This document shows, piece after piece, positions 20,250 to 29,283 of a stretch of 64,000 nucleotides of DNA; the first letter of the stretch is position 1; every line of letters starts with the position of its first letter. The position numbers were made by a program, and so were the translations under genes. Source of the stretch: Bacteroidaceae bacterium (GTDB lineage: Bacteria > Bacteroidota > Bacteroidia > Bacteroidales > Bacteroidaceae); assembly GCA_050946375.1 (NCBI GenBank), contig JBMNUT010000005.1:7522-71521 (forward strand). Reading direction: 5' to 3'. Below the pieces are notes generated by a model. It was not told the DNA's origin. It searched no databases and was given only the letters and a program-made list of their open reading frames with translations.

Positions 20250-22097
20250 ATGAAAAAGTCAATTAAGAAAATAATATTGCTTCCGGCTATTGCCTTGAGC
20301 TTGTCATCTTGTACGGACTGGCTGGAGCTGAAACCGACCACGCAGATTGTTGAGGAAGACATGTGGAAGAATCAGGACGACGTGGAAGCCGTTGTCGCTT
20401 CCTGCTACAATGCCATGCTTTCCAACAACTTCATGACGAGGGTCATTGCCTACGGTGAGTTGCGTAGTGATAACATGAACTACAACCGCAACAAGAGCGA
20501 CGAGCTTTCCACCGATGACCAGGAGATGTACCGAAGCGTTTCGCTCTCGAGTATTACTTCTACGGACTGGATCTGTTCGTGGTCTGCATTCTATAATGTG
20601 ATTAACATCTGTAACTATGTAATCCATTATGCACCCAGTGTCTGCAACGTCGATCCGGACTACCTTACGAGTGAGATGAATGCGAACCTGGCCGAGGCCC
20701 GCGCAATCCGCGCCTTGTGTTACTTCTATCTGATCCGTACCTTCGATAAGGTGCCCTATGTAGAAGAACCGACCATCAACGATCAGCAGGAAGTCAACCT
20801 GCCTCAGACTTCGCAGGACGAAATCATCGAGCACATGATTCAAGACCTCCAGTTTGCCGTACAAAACGCACGTTCGGTATATCCTTCTGCTGAAGAAACC
20901 AAATACCGCATCACGCGTCGCGGTGCTGCCGCCATCCTGGCCGATGTATATTTGTGGAAGGCTTCCGGACAGAGCTATCCGCAGGACTCCATCACCTATG
21001 ACCTGGCCATCAAGGCTTGTGACATGGCTTACAATACCAACGAGACTCCTTCGCGTGTGACCGGTTCGGGACTGTACTCCTTCTATGCCTTGTGGGATGG
21101 AAACGGAAGCTACGGAAACATCTTCTCCAGCTCCATCGAAAACGGAAGCTATCCGAATGAAGAACTGATCTTCGCTCTGGATGCGCGCGAAAGCACGTTT
21201 GGAACGCAGACGGCAGGCGCAAGAGAAACGGGTACCTATATGTCCGTCAACCAGCTGTATGGTCCGGTTGGAACTTCCGGTACACGCGGCGACTTGGCTA
21301 CGCACTACCTGGTAGCGCCGAACGACAACTATCCGACTCAGTCGTCCTTGAGTTCGGTGGACTTCTCCGACGTAAACTCTTCTGTATTTAAGGTTGTTCA
21401 AACTGCTGCCGGCGGTACCAACGATGTCCGTTACGGTTATTGCTCGGGCCTGAACAGCAACTCATACCTTATATATAAGTATAACGGTGGTCAGTCCAGC
21501 ATAACCAACTATCCGGACTGGATCTTCTATCGTGTTTCGGATATCTATCTGATGAAAGCCGAAGCCATTGCCGAGAAGATGAACTGCCGCTTCGAATACG
21601 TAACCGATCCCAATACGGGTACGCGCTCCCTGAGTTTCCGTAACTGGACGGAGAACCCGACCGCTTATCAGGACTCGATGGCGAAAGTGCGTGACCTCTG
21701 TTATGCCGTGTTCCAGCGTTGCAACCAGGCAAGTGCAAATACCGGTTATACGAACTATGCGACCAACCAGTTGCAGACGTCGCCGTACTCCTACTTCCCC
21801 GCTTTGGTTTATGCAGAACGCCGTCGTGAATTCCTCTTCGAAGGAAAGCGTTGGTTCGACCTCCTGCGTATCGCCCGTCGTAACTACAAGCGTGACGCTT
21901 CCTCGTTCACGACCGAACTGGTTACCGCCGTGCGTACCAAACTGGACGAAGGTGCCGACCTTATCGGTTCCCGCCTGGCTTCGATGGACGCCCTCTACTG
22001 GCCTGTCTACGACGACGAGTTGGATCGCAACCCGGCTCTGGTGCAGAACGCATACTACCTCTCTACCGAGGAATCGGATGATATGGAAATTCAATAA
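20250..22097 (+). CDS. SusD/RagB family nutrient-binding outer membrane lipoprotein
   Basis: Lipoprotein signal LSLSSCTDW; SusD hallmarks ARAIRALCYFYLIRTFDKVPYV and ERRREFLFEGKRWFDLLR; starts 20 nt after the SusC gene. Confidence 0.85.
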   Translation: MKKSIKKIILLPAIALSLSSCTDWLELKPTTQIVEEDMWKNQDDVEAVVASCYNAMLSNNFMTRVIAYGELRSDNMNYNRNKSDELSTDDQEMYRSVSLSSITSTDWICSWSAFYNVINICNYVIHYAPSVCNVDPDYLTSEMNANLAEARAIRALCYFYLIRTFDKVPYVEEPTINDQQEVNLPQTSQDEIIEHMIQDLQFAVQNARSVYPSAEETKYRITRRGAAAILADVYLWKASGQSYPQDSITYDLAIKACDMAYNTNETPSRVTGSGLYSFYALWDGNGSYGNIFSSSIENGSYPNEELIFALDARESTFGTQTAGARETGTYMSVNQLYGPVGTSGTRGDLATHYLVAPNDNYPTQSSLSSVDFSDVNSSVFKVVQTAAGGTNDVRYGYCSGLNSNSYLIYKYNGGQSSITNYPDWIFYRVSDIYLMKAEAIAEKMNCRFEYVTDPNTGTRSLSFRNWTENPTAYQDSMAKVRDLCYAVFQRCNQASANTGYTNYATNQLQTSPYSYFPALVYAERRREFLFEGKRWFDLLRIARRNYKRDASSFTTELVTAVRTKLDEGADLIGSRLASMDALYWPVYDDELDRNPALVQNAYYLSTEESDDMEIQ

Positions 22098-22117
22098 CGT
22101 AGCTTGAATACTTGAAA

Positions 22118-24127
22118 ATGTTTCATTTTCTAAGAAATAGCAAACTGTTGGCAGCTGCCTTGGTAGCCCTTTGGGGTATGTCGTCGTGTACGAACGACGA
22201 CATACCTTCCGACAGCTACTACACGTTCACGGGACAGACTCTGGGCCAGTATCTGGAGAGCCACCCCGATGAATACAGTGACTTCGTGCAGTTGCTGAGC
22301 CGCTCGTATGTGGATACCGATGAAGGCGGATCGACCGTATTCGAAATGCTTAATTCCTACGGTTGCTACACCTGCTTCGCGCCCAACAACGAGACTCTGG
22401 CAAAATACCTGCGCAAGGAAGGGCTGAATTCCATAGAGGAAGTTTCGGATTCCGCCGCAAGAGTTTTGTCATTGATGAGCATCGTTGCTTCCGAAGCGAC
22501 CGTATATGAGTCGCAGTACTTCGTAAATCGCTTGCCCGATCAGAATCTGTACCGGAAAACCATCTATATTTCAGGTGATGGGACTTCGTATCTGGTCAAT
22601 GGCATGGCCAACATTACGGAAGTGGACATCGAGGTGCACAACGGCGTCATCCAGTCTGTCGATTCCGTGCTGGAACCTTCCGACCTGACGCTGCTCGGCT
22701 TCTTCGACGGACATCCTGAGTATTCTCTCTTCCGGGAAGCTCTGGAACTGACGGGAGTCTACGAACGTGTGAATTCGGAACAGGAAGACTTGAACTATGT
22801 GCCGCCTACGTCGATGACGGGTAACGACGGCGCTACGATTCAGGATTTCCCCACACGCCGTTTCTATGGCTTCACCTGTTTCCTTGAGCCGAACTCCGTG
22901 TACGAAGCTGCCGGCATTACCGACATCGAAGGCCTGAAGGATTATGCTCGTCAGTGGTTTACTGAAACCTATGAGGAGGATGCTCCTGAAATCTATGCCT
23001 TGGGAGACAACGAGAACTATCTCGACACGAACAATTACTTTAATCGTTTTGTGGCCTATCATTTTGTGAACAAGACCATATCGCAGGCCGACTTTACCGA
23101 AGTAGGCTGGACGTATATGAACGGTTACGATAAGTACTTGGACTATACCGAGACGCTTGCTCCGGGCCAGACGCTGTGTCTTGCAGCAGGAAAGAACTCC
23201 TTTGCCAGCGATGAATACAGCGATCGTCTGCAGCTCAATCCTTCGGCCGACCATGTGGCCCTGGAGGGTGTTTCTCCCTACCGCAACTGGAGCCGTCCGA
23301 CGCGCAACGGAGTCCTCCTGGCACAGAAGAGCCAGATGGAAAGTTCCATCGGTGTTTTCCACGAGTTGGAAGGCATTCTGACTTATCCGCGCAGTGATTT
23401 CCGACGGATGCGCATGCGTTTGGACTATGCCGCCTTGTTCCCCGAAATGATGAGCAACTCCATCCGTTACACGGTGAAGGAACTCAACGGTTATGGCTTG
23501 CCCAACGGCTACCTTACCAACTTCTGGGTGAACTCTACGGGTACCACGCTGCTCTACATGGCTACTCCTTCCCAGCCCTCTCCGGGATGGTGGAATGACT
23601 TCCAGAGCGACGAGTTCATCGCTAAGGGTAACTTCGACTTCACGGTCAAGCTGCCTCCTGTACCCGCCGGGCTCTATGAAGTTCGTATCGGTTACACCGT
23701 AAACGGTAACCGCGGTTGTGCCCAGATGTATCTCGGCAGCTCGTTGGATAACCTGATTGCCAGCGGTATCCCCGTAGACCTTACCGTCTCGGGCGACAAG
23801 CATGGATGGGTGAAAGACGAAAACACCGATGTCGACTATGAGTCGGATAAACTCTTGCGCGCCAATGGCTTCATGAAAGCTCCGAACTCTTCGAAGTCGG
23901 ATGCCGGATATGGTACCTCCAGCTTGCGCGAAGTAGGTGCGGACGCTTTCCCCGAGTATGCCTTGCGCTGCATTGTCGGTACGCATCAGCTGACCACGGA
24001 CGGAAGCATTTATGTCCGTTTCCGGAACGCTACGACCAGTACGACTCCCGAGTTCATGATGGACTACATAGAGGTTTGCCCTGCAACCATCTATGATAAC
24101 CCGGATGAAACGGAACCACGCGATTAA
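22118..24127 (+). CDS. FAS1-domain lipoprotein with a C-terminal beta-sandwich (CBM-like) module
   Basis: ORF 22112 (TTG) trimmed to the ATG at 22118. Lipobox GMSSCTNDD. FAS1 motifs CYTCFAPNNETLAKYL / HNGVIQSVDSVLEPS. The C-terminus ...GLYEVRIGY...EFMMDYIEVCP resembles the edge strands of carbohydrate-binding modules (inference). Confidence 0.7.
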   Translation: MFHFLRNSKLLAAALVALWGMSSCTNDDIPSDSYYTFTGQTLGQYLESHPDEYSDFVQLLSRSYVDTDEGGSTVFEMLNSYGCYTCFAPNNETLAKYLRKEGLNSIEEVSDSAARVLSLMSIVASEATVYESQYFVNRLPDQNLYRKTIYISGDGTSYLVNGMANITEVDIEVHNGVIQSVDSVLEPSDLTLLGFFDGHPEYSLFREALELTGVYERVNSEQEDLNYVPPTSMTGNDGATIQDFPTRRFYGFTCFLEPNSVYEAAGITDIEGLKDYARQWFTETYEEDAPEIYALGDNENYLDTNNYFNRFVAYHFVNKTISQADFTEVGWTYMNGYDKYLDYTETLAPGQTLCLAAGKNSFASDEYSDRLQLNPSADHVALEGVSPYRNWSRPTRNGVLLAQKSQMESSIGVFHELEGILTYPRSDFRRMRMRLDYAALFPEMMSNSIRYTVKELNGYGLPNGYLTNFWVNSTGTTLLYMATPSQPSPGWWNDFQSDEFIAKGNFDFTVKLPPVPAGLYEVRIGYTVNGNRGCAQMYLGSSLDNLIASGIPVDLTVSGDKHGWVKDENTDVDYESDKLLRANGFMKAPNSSKSDAGYGTSSLREVGADAFPEYALRCIVGTHQLTTDGSIYVRFRNATTSTTPEFMMDYIEVCPATIYDNPDETEPRD

Positions 24128-24151
24128 CACCGAAAACGTAAATAATAAAAA

Positions 24152-25948
24152 ATGAATATACGAATGAATAAATTACTGTTAGGTGTGCTGCTCCTTGCCG
24201 GAGGCACGGCGCTGCACTCGTGTAGTGATGAGTGGGACGATCACTACTCTGACTCCGGTTCCAATGCCGTCAACTCGACAGGTATATCGCTTTGGGATCG
24301 TTTGAAGTCCATGCCGGATTACAGTGCCTTTGTGGAGAAACTGCAGGAGTACGACTACGACCGCATCCTCTCCCAAAACCGCGCTTTCACGGTTTACGCC
24401 CCGAACAACGCAGCGATGGCTAATTATGTAGCCAACGGGCAGTATAACGAAAAAGATGCCTTTGTGCGCAACCACATTGCTTATTTCAATCATCCCTACA
24501 ACACGTATGCTGATACGACGGTCGAGATGATGAATGAAAAGGTAATGCGCATACGGGGTGGTCTGTTCGGAACCAATCAGGACCCGAACATCGCCTTCGT
24601 CGAGGGTGAGACCAACCTGCCTTGCCGCAACGGCCTTATCCATGGCATCTCCGGCATCGTGCCTTACATGCCGAACATCTGGGAAATCATCGATGCGCAG
24701 GCTCCTCTCTACAGCCAGTATCTGCACCAGTTGGACGAGCAGGTTCTGAATACGGAAGAAAGTACTGTGGACTCCATCAGTTCGGATGGCCAGACGGTAT
24801 ATCTCGACTCGGTTGTTACCTATAATAACAACTTCTGGAGCGTCGTAGGCGAACTGAATACGGAGGATAGCTCCTACGTATCGATTGTGATGGCTGACGA
24901 CGCCTGGCAGGCTGCCTACAGCCAAATAGAGAAGAGCTACCTTTATTATCCTGCATTGCAGGGTGGAAATTTCTGGGAAGGTGCCGGTAATACGCAATCT
25001 CAGCAAGACTCCTTGAGTCGTTATAAGGATGCAATGATTTATCAGACCATCATGCGTTCCTTGTCTTACCGTTATCCGCAGGTAGAATCGCTGCTCGAAG
25101 GCAACTACCGCCCCGACTACGATTTCATTTCCTCTACCAGTGGTCGTCAGGTTCCCAAAGAGGTGCTGAAGGCTTGGCTGGAGAAAATTGCTGCTAATCC
25201 GGATTCCGTAGAAGAAGCAAGTAATGGTCGGGCTTACATCGCTCACTCCTATGACTTCGCCAACTACGATGTCGCTCAGGATACCATCTCGACTGAGGCC
25301 GAAAACTCGCAGCGCATCTTCCAGGTTTCATCCGGTGCCAGCCAAAGCACGGTACGCTTGAATACCGATACGCTGTCCTATTCTACTTATCAGCCCGAAG
25401 AAGAGTTGAATAACGTAGAGTATTACGTTCCCAAGACGTTGCCCGACGGAACGAAGGAGAAGCACGAAGTGTCCAGCTCCGAGTATCTGATGGTTGGTGC
25501 GGGTACTGCAGCTCCGAGCATTATCTTCGGTGTGCCCAACACGCTCTCCGGAGAATACGAGGTGTGGATTACCTTTATTCCTTCCAGCGCGGCCAGAGGT
25601 GCCAGCCAGGCTCTGCCTGCCAACATCCGTGTAACGACTCAGTACACGACGTTACGTAGCGAAAGCTCGCTTGCCTTAGGGACGACCCGTACGGACGACT
25701 TCCCCGTTGATGCACGTGCCGTGACGAAGGTGAAAGTGGGTACGATCAATCTGGGAGCTTGCTGGTCAGGCTTCATGAGTGCTTCTGATGATTTGTACAC
25801 GGATGCAACCAATATTACCGGAAGTGACCTCTTCAATTCCAAATATGGTGTGAAGATTACCGTTCAGAACCGTAGCAGCAGCAACGGTGAATACGACCGT
25901 AACCTTTATATCGACTGCATCGAATTAGTACCGCATCGAGTTGAATAA
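24152..25948 (+). CDS. FAS1-domain lipoprotein with a C-terminal beta-sandwich (CBM-like) module
   Basis: Lipobox ALHSCSDEW. FAS1 motifs AFTVYAPNNAAMANY / RNGLIHGISGIVPY. The C-terminus GEYEVWITF...NLYIDCIELVP parallels that of the preceding gene product. Confidence 0.7.
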   Translation: MNIRMNKLLLGVLLLAGGTALHSCSDEWDDHYSDSGSNAVNSTGISLWDRLKSMPDYSAFVEKLQEYDYDRILSQNRAFTVYAPNNAAMANYVANGQYNEKDAFVRNHIAYFNHPYNTYADTTVEMMNEKVMRIRGGLFGTNQDPNIAFVEGETNLPCRNGLIHGISGIVPYMPNIWEIIDAQAPLYSQYLHQLDEQVLNTEESTVDSISSDGQTVYLDSVVTYNNNFWSVVGELNTEDSSYVSIVMADDAWQAAYSQIEKSYLYYPALQGGNFWEGAGNTQSQQDSLSRYKDAMIYQTIMRSLSYRYPQVESLLEGNYRPDYDFISSTSGRQVPKEVLKAWLEKIAANPDSVEEASNGRAYIAHSYDFANYDVAQDTISTEAENSQRIFQVSSGASQSTVRLNTDTLSYSTYQPEEELNNVEYYVPKTLPDGTKEKHEVSSSEYLMVGAGTAAPSIIFGVPNTLSGEYEVWITFIPSSAARGASQALPANIRVTTQYTTLRSESSLALGTTRTDDFPVDARAVTKVKVGTINLGACWSGFMSASDDLYTDATNITGSDLFNSKYGVKITVQNRSSSNGEYDRNLYIDCIELVPHRVE

Positions 25949-25964
25949 AAAAAAAGTGAATGCT

Positions 25965-28900
25965 ATGAATAAGATAAAAGAATTCATTGGAAATTTGCAT
26001 GTCCTGGGAACAGGGTTGTGCATGTGCGCGTTGGCCGGTACGGTTTCCTTGCACGCTCAAGATGCTGCAACGAATCCTCCTACGCCAGCGAGCGAAGAAA
26101 ACTTAGTCACCGTGCAGGGTAAAGTCATCGATGCGGCTACCAAGCGTCCCATCGTCGGTGCACGTGTGCAAATGGTAGGCCGTTTGTATTCGGCCATGAC
26201 CAACGAAAACGGCGTATATACCTTGAAAGTCCCCACCGCTGCAGCTGTCGTAGAGGTAACGGCTGAAGACTACGCTACCCGCGAAGTCGGCTTGCGCAAT
26301 CAGAGCGAGGTAGACATACAGCTCTACTCCACCACTTTCACCGGACTGTACGAGAATGTACAGACTTTGACGGGTGCAAAGAGCAGTGCCAGCATGATTA
26401 CGCCGTATGCCCAGGTAGCCGGTAGCAACAAAGACGGTGCCTATACCGTAGACCAGTCTATCGCTGCCAAACTCTCCGGCCAGATGCGTGCCATTACCCA
26501 TTCGGCTGTTCCCGGAAACGGTATCTCCATGTTTATCCGTGGCTTGAACTCTATCAATGCGCAGGCTGCCCCCCTGATTCTGGTGGACGGAGTCGTATTT
26601 GATAACCAGGTCGACCGTCATTCAATATTGGAAGGCTATTTCAACAACCCGCTTTCTTCCATTGACATGAACGACGTAGAAGACATTACCATCCTCAAGG
26701 ACGGTACTTCTCTCTACGGTAGCCGTGGTGCCAATGGCGTAGTCCTCATCACTACCAAGCGCGGCCGCAGCCAGGCTACTCAGATTGAGGTCAATGCTTA
26801 TACCGGCTTCAATGAGAAACCCAAACTCCCCGACATGATGAATGCCGAGCAGTTCCGCCGTTATGCAAGTAACTTGGCCATCGACGACCCCGACTATTCC
26901 GATTATGATAACATCGCATGGTTGAAGCACACTTCGCTCATCACCCGTCCGGACGGTACGGTTACCAACATGCAGCAGTACCGCTCTTATACCAACGAGA
27001 CCGACTGGGCCGACGAAGTGTACCGCAACACCTTCATGCAGAGCTACAGCATCTCGGTAAACGGTGGTGACGAATCTGCGTTGTACAACCTCTCCGTAGG
27101 TTACACTAATGCTCCTTCTACCTTGAAGAACAGCAGCTTCAGCCGTTTGAACGCACGGTTCAACTCCGATATTCAGATCTTCTCCCGCCTGGCAATGGCC
27201 GTAGATATCTCCTATTCGCAGACCGACCGTACCGCTCCTAACGATGGTGCACCTGCCGACTACACGAGCGACCCTGTAACCTCCGTAGGCTACCTGGCTC
27301 TTATCAAGGCTCCGTTCCTGGCTCCTTACCAGTTCACCCGTGACGGTTACGTTTCTCCCAACTACAGCGATGCAGACGTATTCGGCGTTTCCAACCCGAC
27401 CGCTTTGCTCGACGAAGACCGCAACCGTTATAAGAACGAGGCCAACCACATCAATATCACCGCTACTCCGAAGCTCGACCTCGGCCGCGGCTTTGAATTG
27501 AGCACCAAGTTCAGCTATACGCTGGATAAGACGGTAGAGGCTTACTTCCGTCCCCGTAACGGTTCGCCTTCCTTTGACCGTGGTACCGGAACGCTCGCTG
27601 AGAGCACCGTGAAGACCCTCTCTGCAAAGCAAATCTCCGTATTCAGCGATACGCGTCTGAATTGGAAGAAGAGCTTCAACCAGCACAACCTCGACGTGCT
27701 GTTGGGTTATCGCTTCACCTCCGATCAGTACCAGTCTGACTGGGCACGTGCCGACAATACGGCCAATGACTACATCAACACCATCACGGCCAGCCTGCCG
27801 AACCGTATTGCCGACGGTGTGGACGACCGCGTGAAGACTGCAGCCATATATGCCAATATCGACTACAACTGGTTGAACCGTTACTTCCTGACGGGAACTC
27901 TCTCGTTCGACACCTCCACCCGTTTCGGTAGCGATGTAGACGGAGCTGTTCACCTCGGCGACCACTCTTGGGGCTTCTTCCCCTCCATTCAGGGAGGCTG
28001 GATCATCTCCAACGAGCCGTTCCTCCAGGATGTTGACTTCCTTTCCTTCGCACGTCTGCGTGCCGGATACAGCATCACGGGTAACGACCAGATCCTGAAC
28101 TATGCGTACAAGACCTACTTCTCGCCGTTCTTCTATTATGATCGTATCTCCGGTCTGGAACTTGCCAACATCGGCAATGAGACTCTCGGCTGGGAGCGTA
28201 ACCACAAGTTCAGCGTTGGATTGGACGTTTCGTTGTTCAACGACATCTTCTCCTTCTCTATCGACGGTTACAAGAACCACATCACCGACCTGCTTACTCA
28301 GGTAGAGATGCCTGAAATCAGCGGTATGTCCAACAAGTATTGGACCAACAACGGTACGATGGACAACACCGGTGTCGAGGTTTCGGCCCGTGCCAAGTTG
28401 TTGAACCTGCGCGACTTCAAGTGGGAACTCGGTGCAACCATCTCTCACTACAAGAACGAAGTGAAGTCCCTCATCGACGGTAAGTCCGTAATCAACCAAT
28501 ACTACGGTGCTGAAATCATCACTCAGGAAGGCAGTCCTGCCGGACTCTTCTACGGTTATGAGACGATGAAGCGCGACGGAAACACCTACGTGTTCGCAAC
28601 TTCTGACGAAGCCCGCCTGGCTACTCAGAACAGTGCTGACGGAAGCGGCCGCCTGGCCATCGAAGACGAAACGGGCGAGCTTACCTACTTCGAAGCCGGT
28701 GACGTATTCTTCGTAGATCAGAATGGCGACGGTATTATCGACGAGCAAGACCGCACGGTCATCGGCGACCCGAACCCCGACTTCATCGGTAACATCACCA
28801 CCCGTTTCCAGTGGAAGCGCTTTACGCTCGACGCTCTCTTCACCTATTCCGTAGGTAACGACGTCTACAACTATCTGCGTCGTCAGCTCGAGTCGGGTAG

Positions 28901-29264
28901 CACCTACTACAACCAGACTACCGCAATGAACTCAGCATGGAGCTACGAAGGTCAGGTTACTTCCATGCCGCGTGTTACCTACGACGACCCGATGGGCAAC
29001 AGCCGCTTCTCCGACCGTTGGATTGAGGATGGTTCCTACTTCCGTTTGAAGACCTTGAGCCTGTCTTATGACATCCCCATCAACTCTTCCTACCTGCAGG
29101 GCATTACCATCTGGGCTTCTGCCAACAATTTGTGGACGGCTACGAAATATCTCGGTTCCGATCCCGAATTCTCCAACAGTGGTGCTGTTCTCTACCAAGG
29201 CGTAGACTCCGGACTCCTCTCTCAGGGCCGCAGCTATTACTTGGGTGTGAAGTTAAATCTCTAA
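25965..29264 (+). CDS. SusC/RagA family TonB-linked outer membrane transporter (second copy)
   Basis: ORF-track TTG at 25941 overlaps the upstream stop, so it is trimmed to the ATG at 25965 (MNKIKEF...). CarboxypepD_reg-like VTVQGKVIDAATKRPIVGARVQMV; plug DMNDVEDITILKDGTSLYGSRGANGVVLITTKRG. Confidence 0.9.
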   Translation: MNKIKEFIGNLHVLGTGLCMCALAGTVSLHAQDAATNPPTPASEENLVTVQGKVIDAATKRPIVGARVQMVGRLYSAMTNENGVYTLKVPTAAAVVEVTAEDYATREVGLRNQSEVDIQLYSTTFTGLYENVQTLTGAKSSASMITPYAQVAGSNKDGAYTVDQSIAAKLSGQMRAITHSAVPGNGISMFIRGLNSINAQAAPLILVDGVVFDNQVDRHSILEGYFNNPLSSIDMNDVEDITILKDGTSLYGSRGANGVVLITTKRGRSQATQIEVNAYTGFNEKPKLPDMMNAEQFRRYASNLAIDDPDYSDYDNIAWLKHTSLITRPDGTVTNMQQYRSYTNETDWADEVYRNTFMQSYSISVNGGDESALYNLSVGYTNAPSTLKNSSFSRLNARFNSDIQIFSRLAMAVDISYSQTDRTAPNDGAPADYTSDPVTSVGYLALIKAPFLAPYQFTRDGYVSPNYSDADVFGVSNPTALLDEDRNRYKNEANHINITATPKLDLGRGFELSTKFSYTLDKTVEAYFRPRNGSPSFDRGTGTLAESTVKTLSAKQISVFSDTRLNWKKSFNQHNLDVLLGYRFTSDQYQSDWARADNTANDYINTITASLPNRIADGVDDRVKTAAIYANIDYNWLNRYFLTGTLSFDTSTRFGSDVDGAVHLGDHSWGFFPSIQGGWIISNEPFLQDVDFLSFARLRAGYSITGNDQILNYAYKTYFSPFFYYDRISGLELANIGNETLGWERNHKFSVGLDVSLFNDIFSFSIDGYKNHITDLLTQVEMPEISGMSNKYWTNNGTMDNTGVEVSARAKLLNLRDFKWELGATISHYKNEVKSLIDGKSVINQYYGAEIITQEGSPAGLFYGYETMKRDGNTYVFATSDEARLATQNSADGSGRLAIEDETGELTYFEAGDVFFVDQNGDGIIDEQDRTVIGDPNPDFIGNITTRFQWKRFTLDALFTYSVGNDVYNYLRRQLESGSTYYNQTTAMNSAWSYEGQVTSMPRVTYDDPMGNSRFSDRWIEDGSYFRLKTLSLSYDIPINSSYLQGITIWASANNLWTATKYLGSDPEFSNSGAVLYQGVDSGLLSQGRSYYLGVKLNL

Positions 29265-29283
29265 TGATATAAACGAAGAAACA

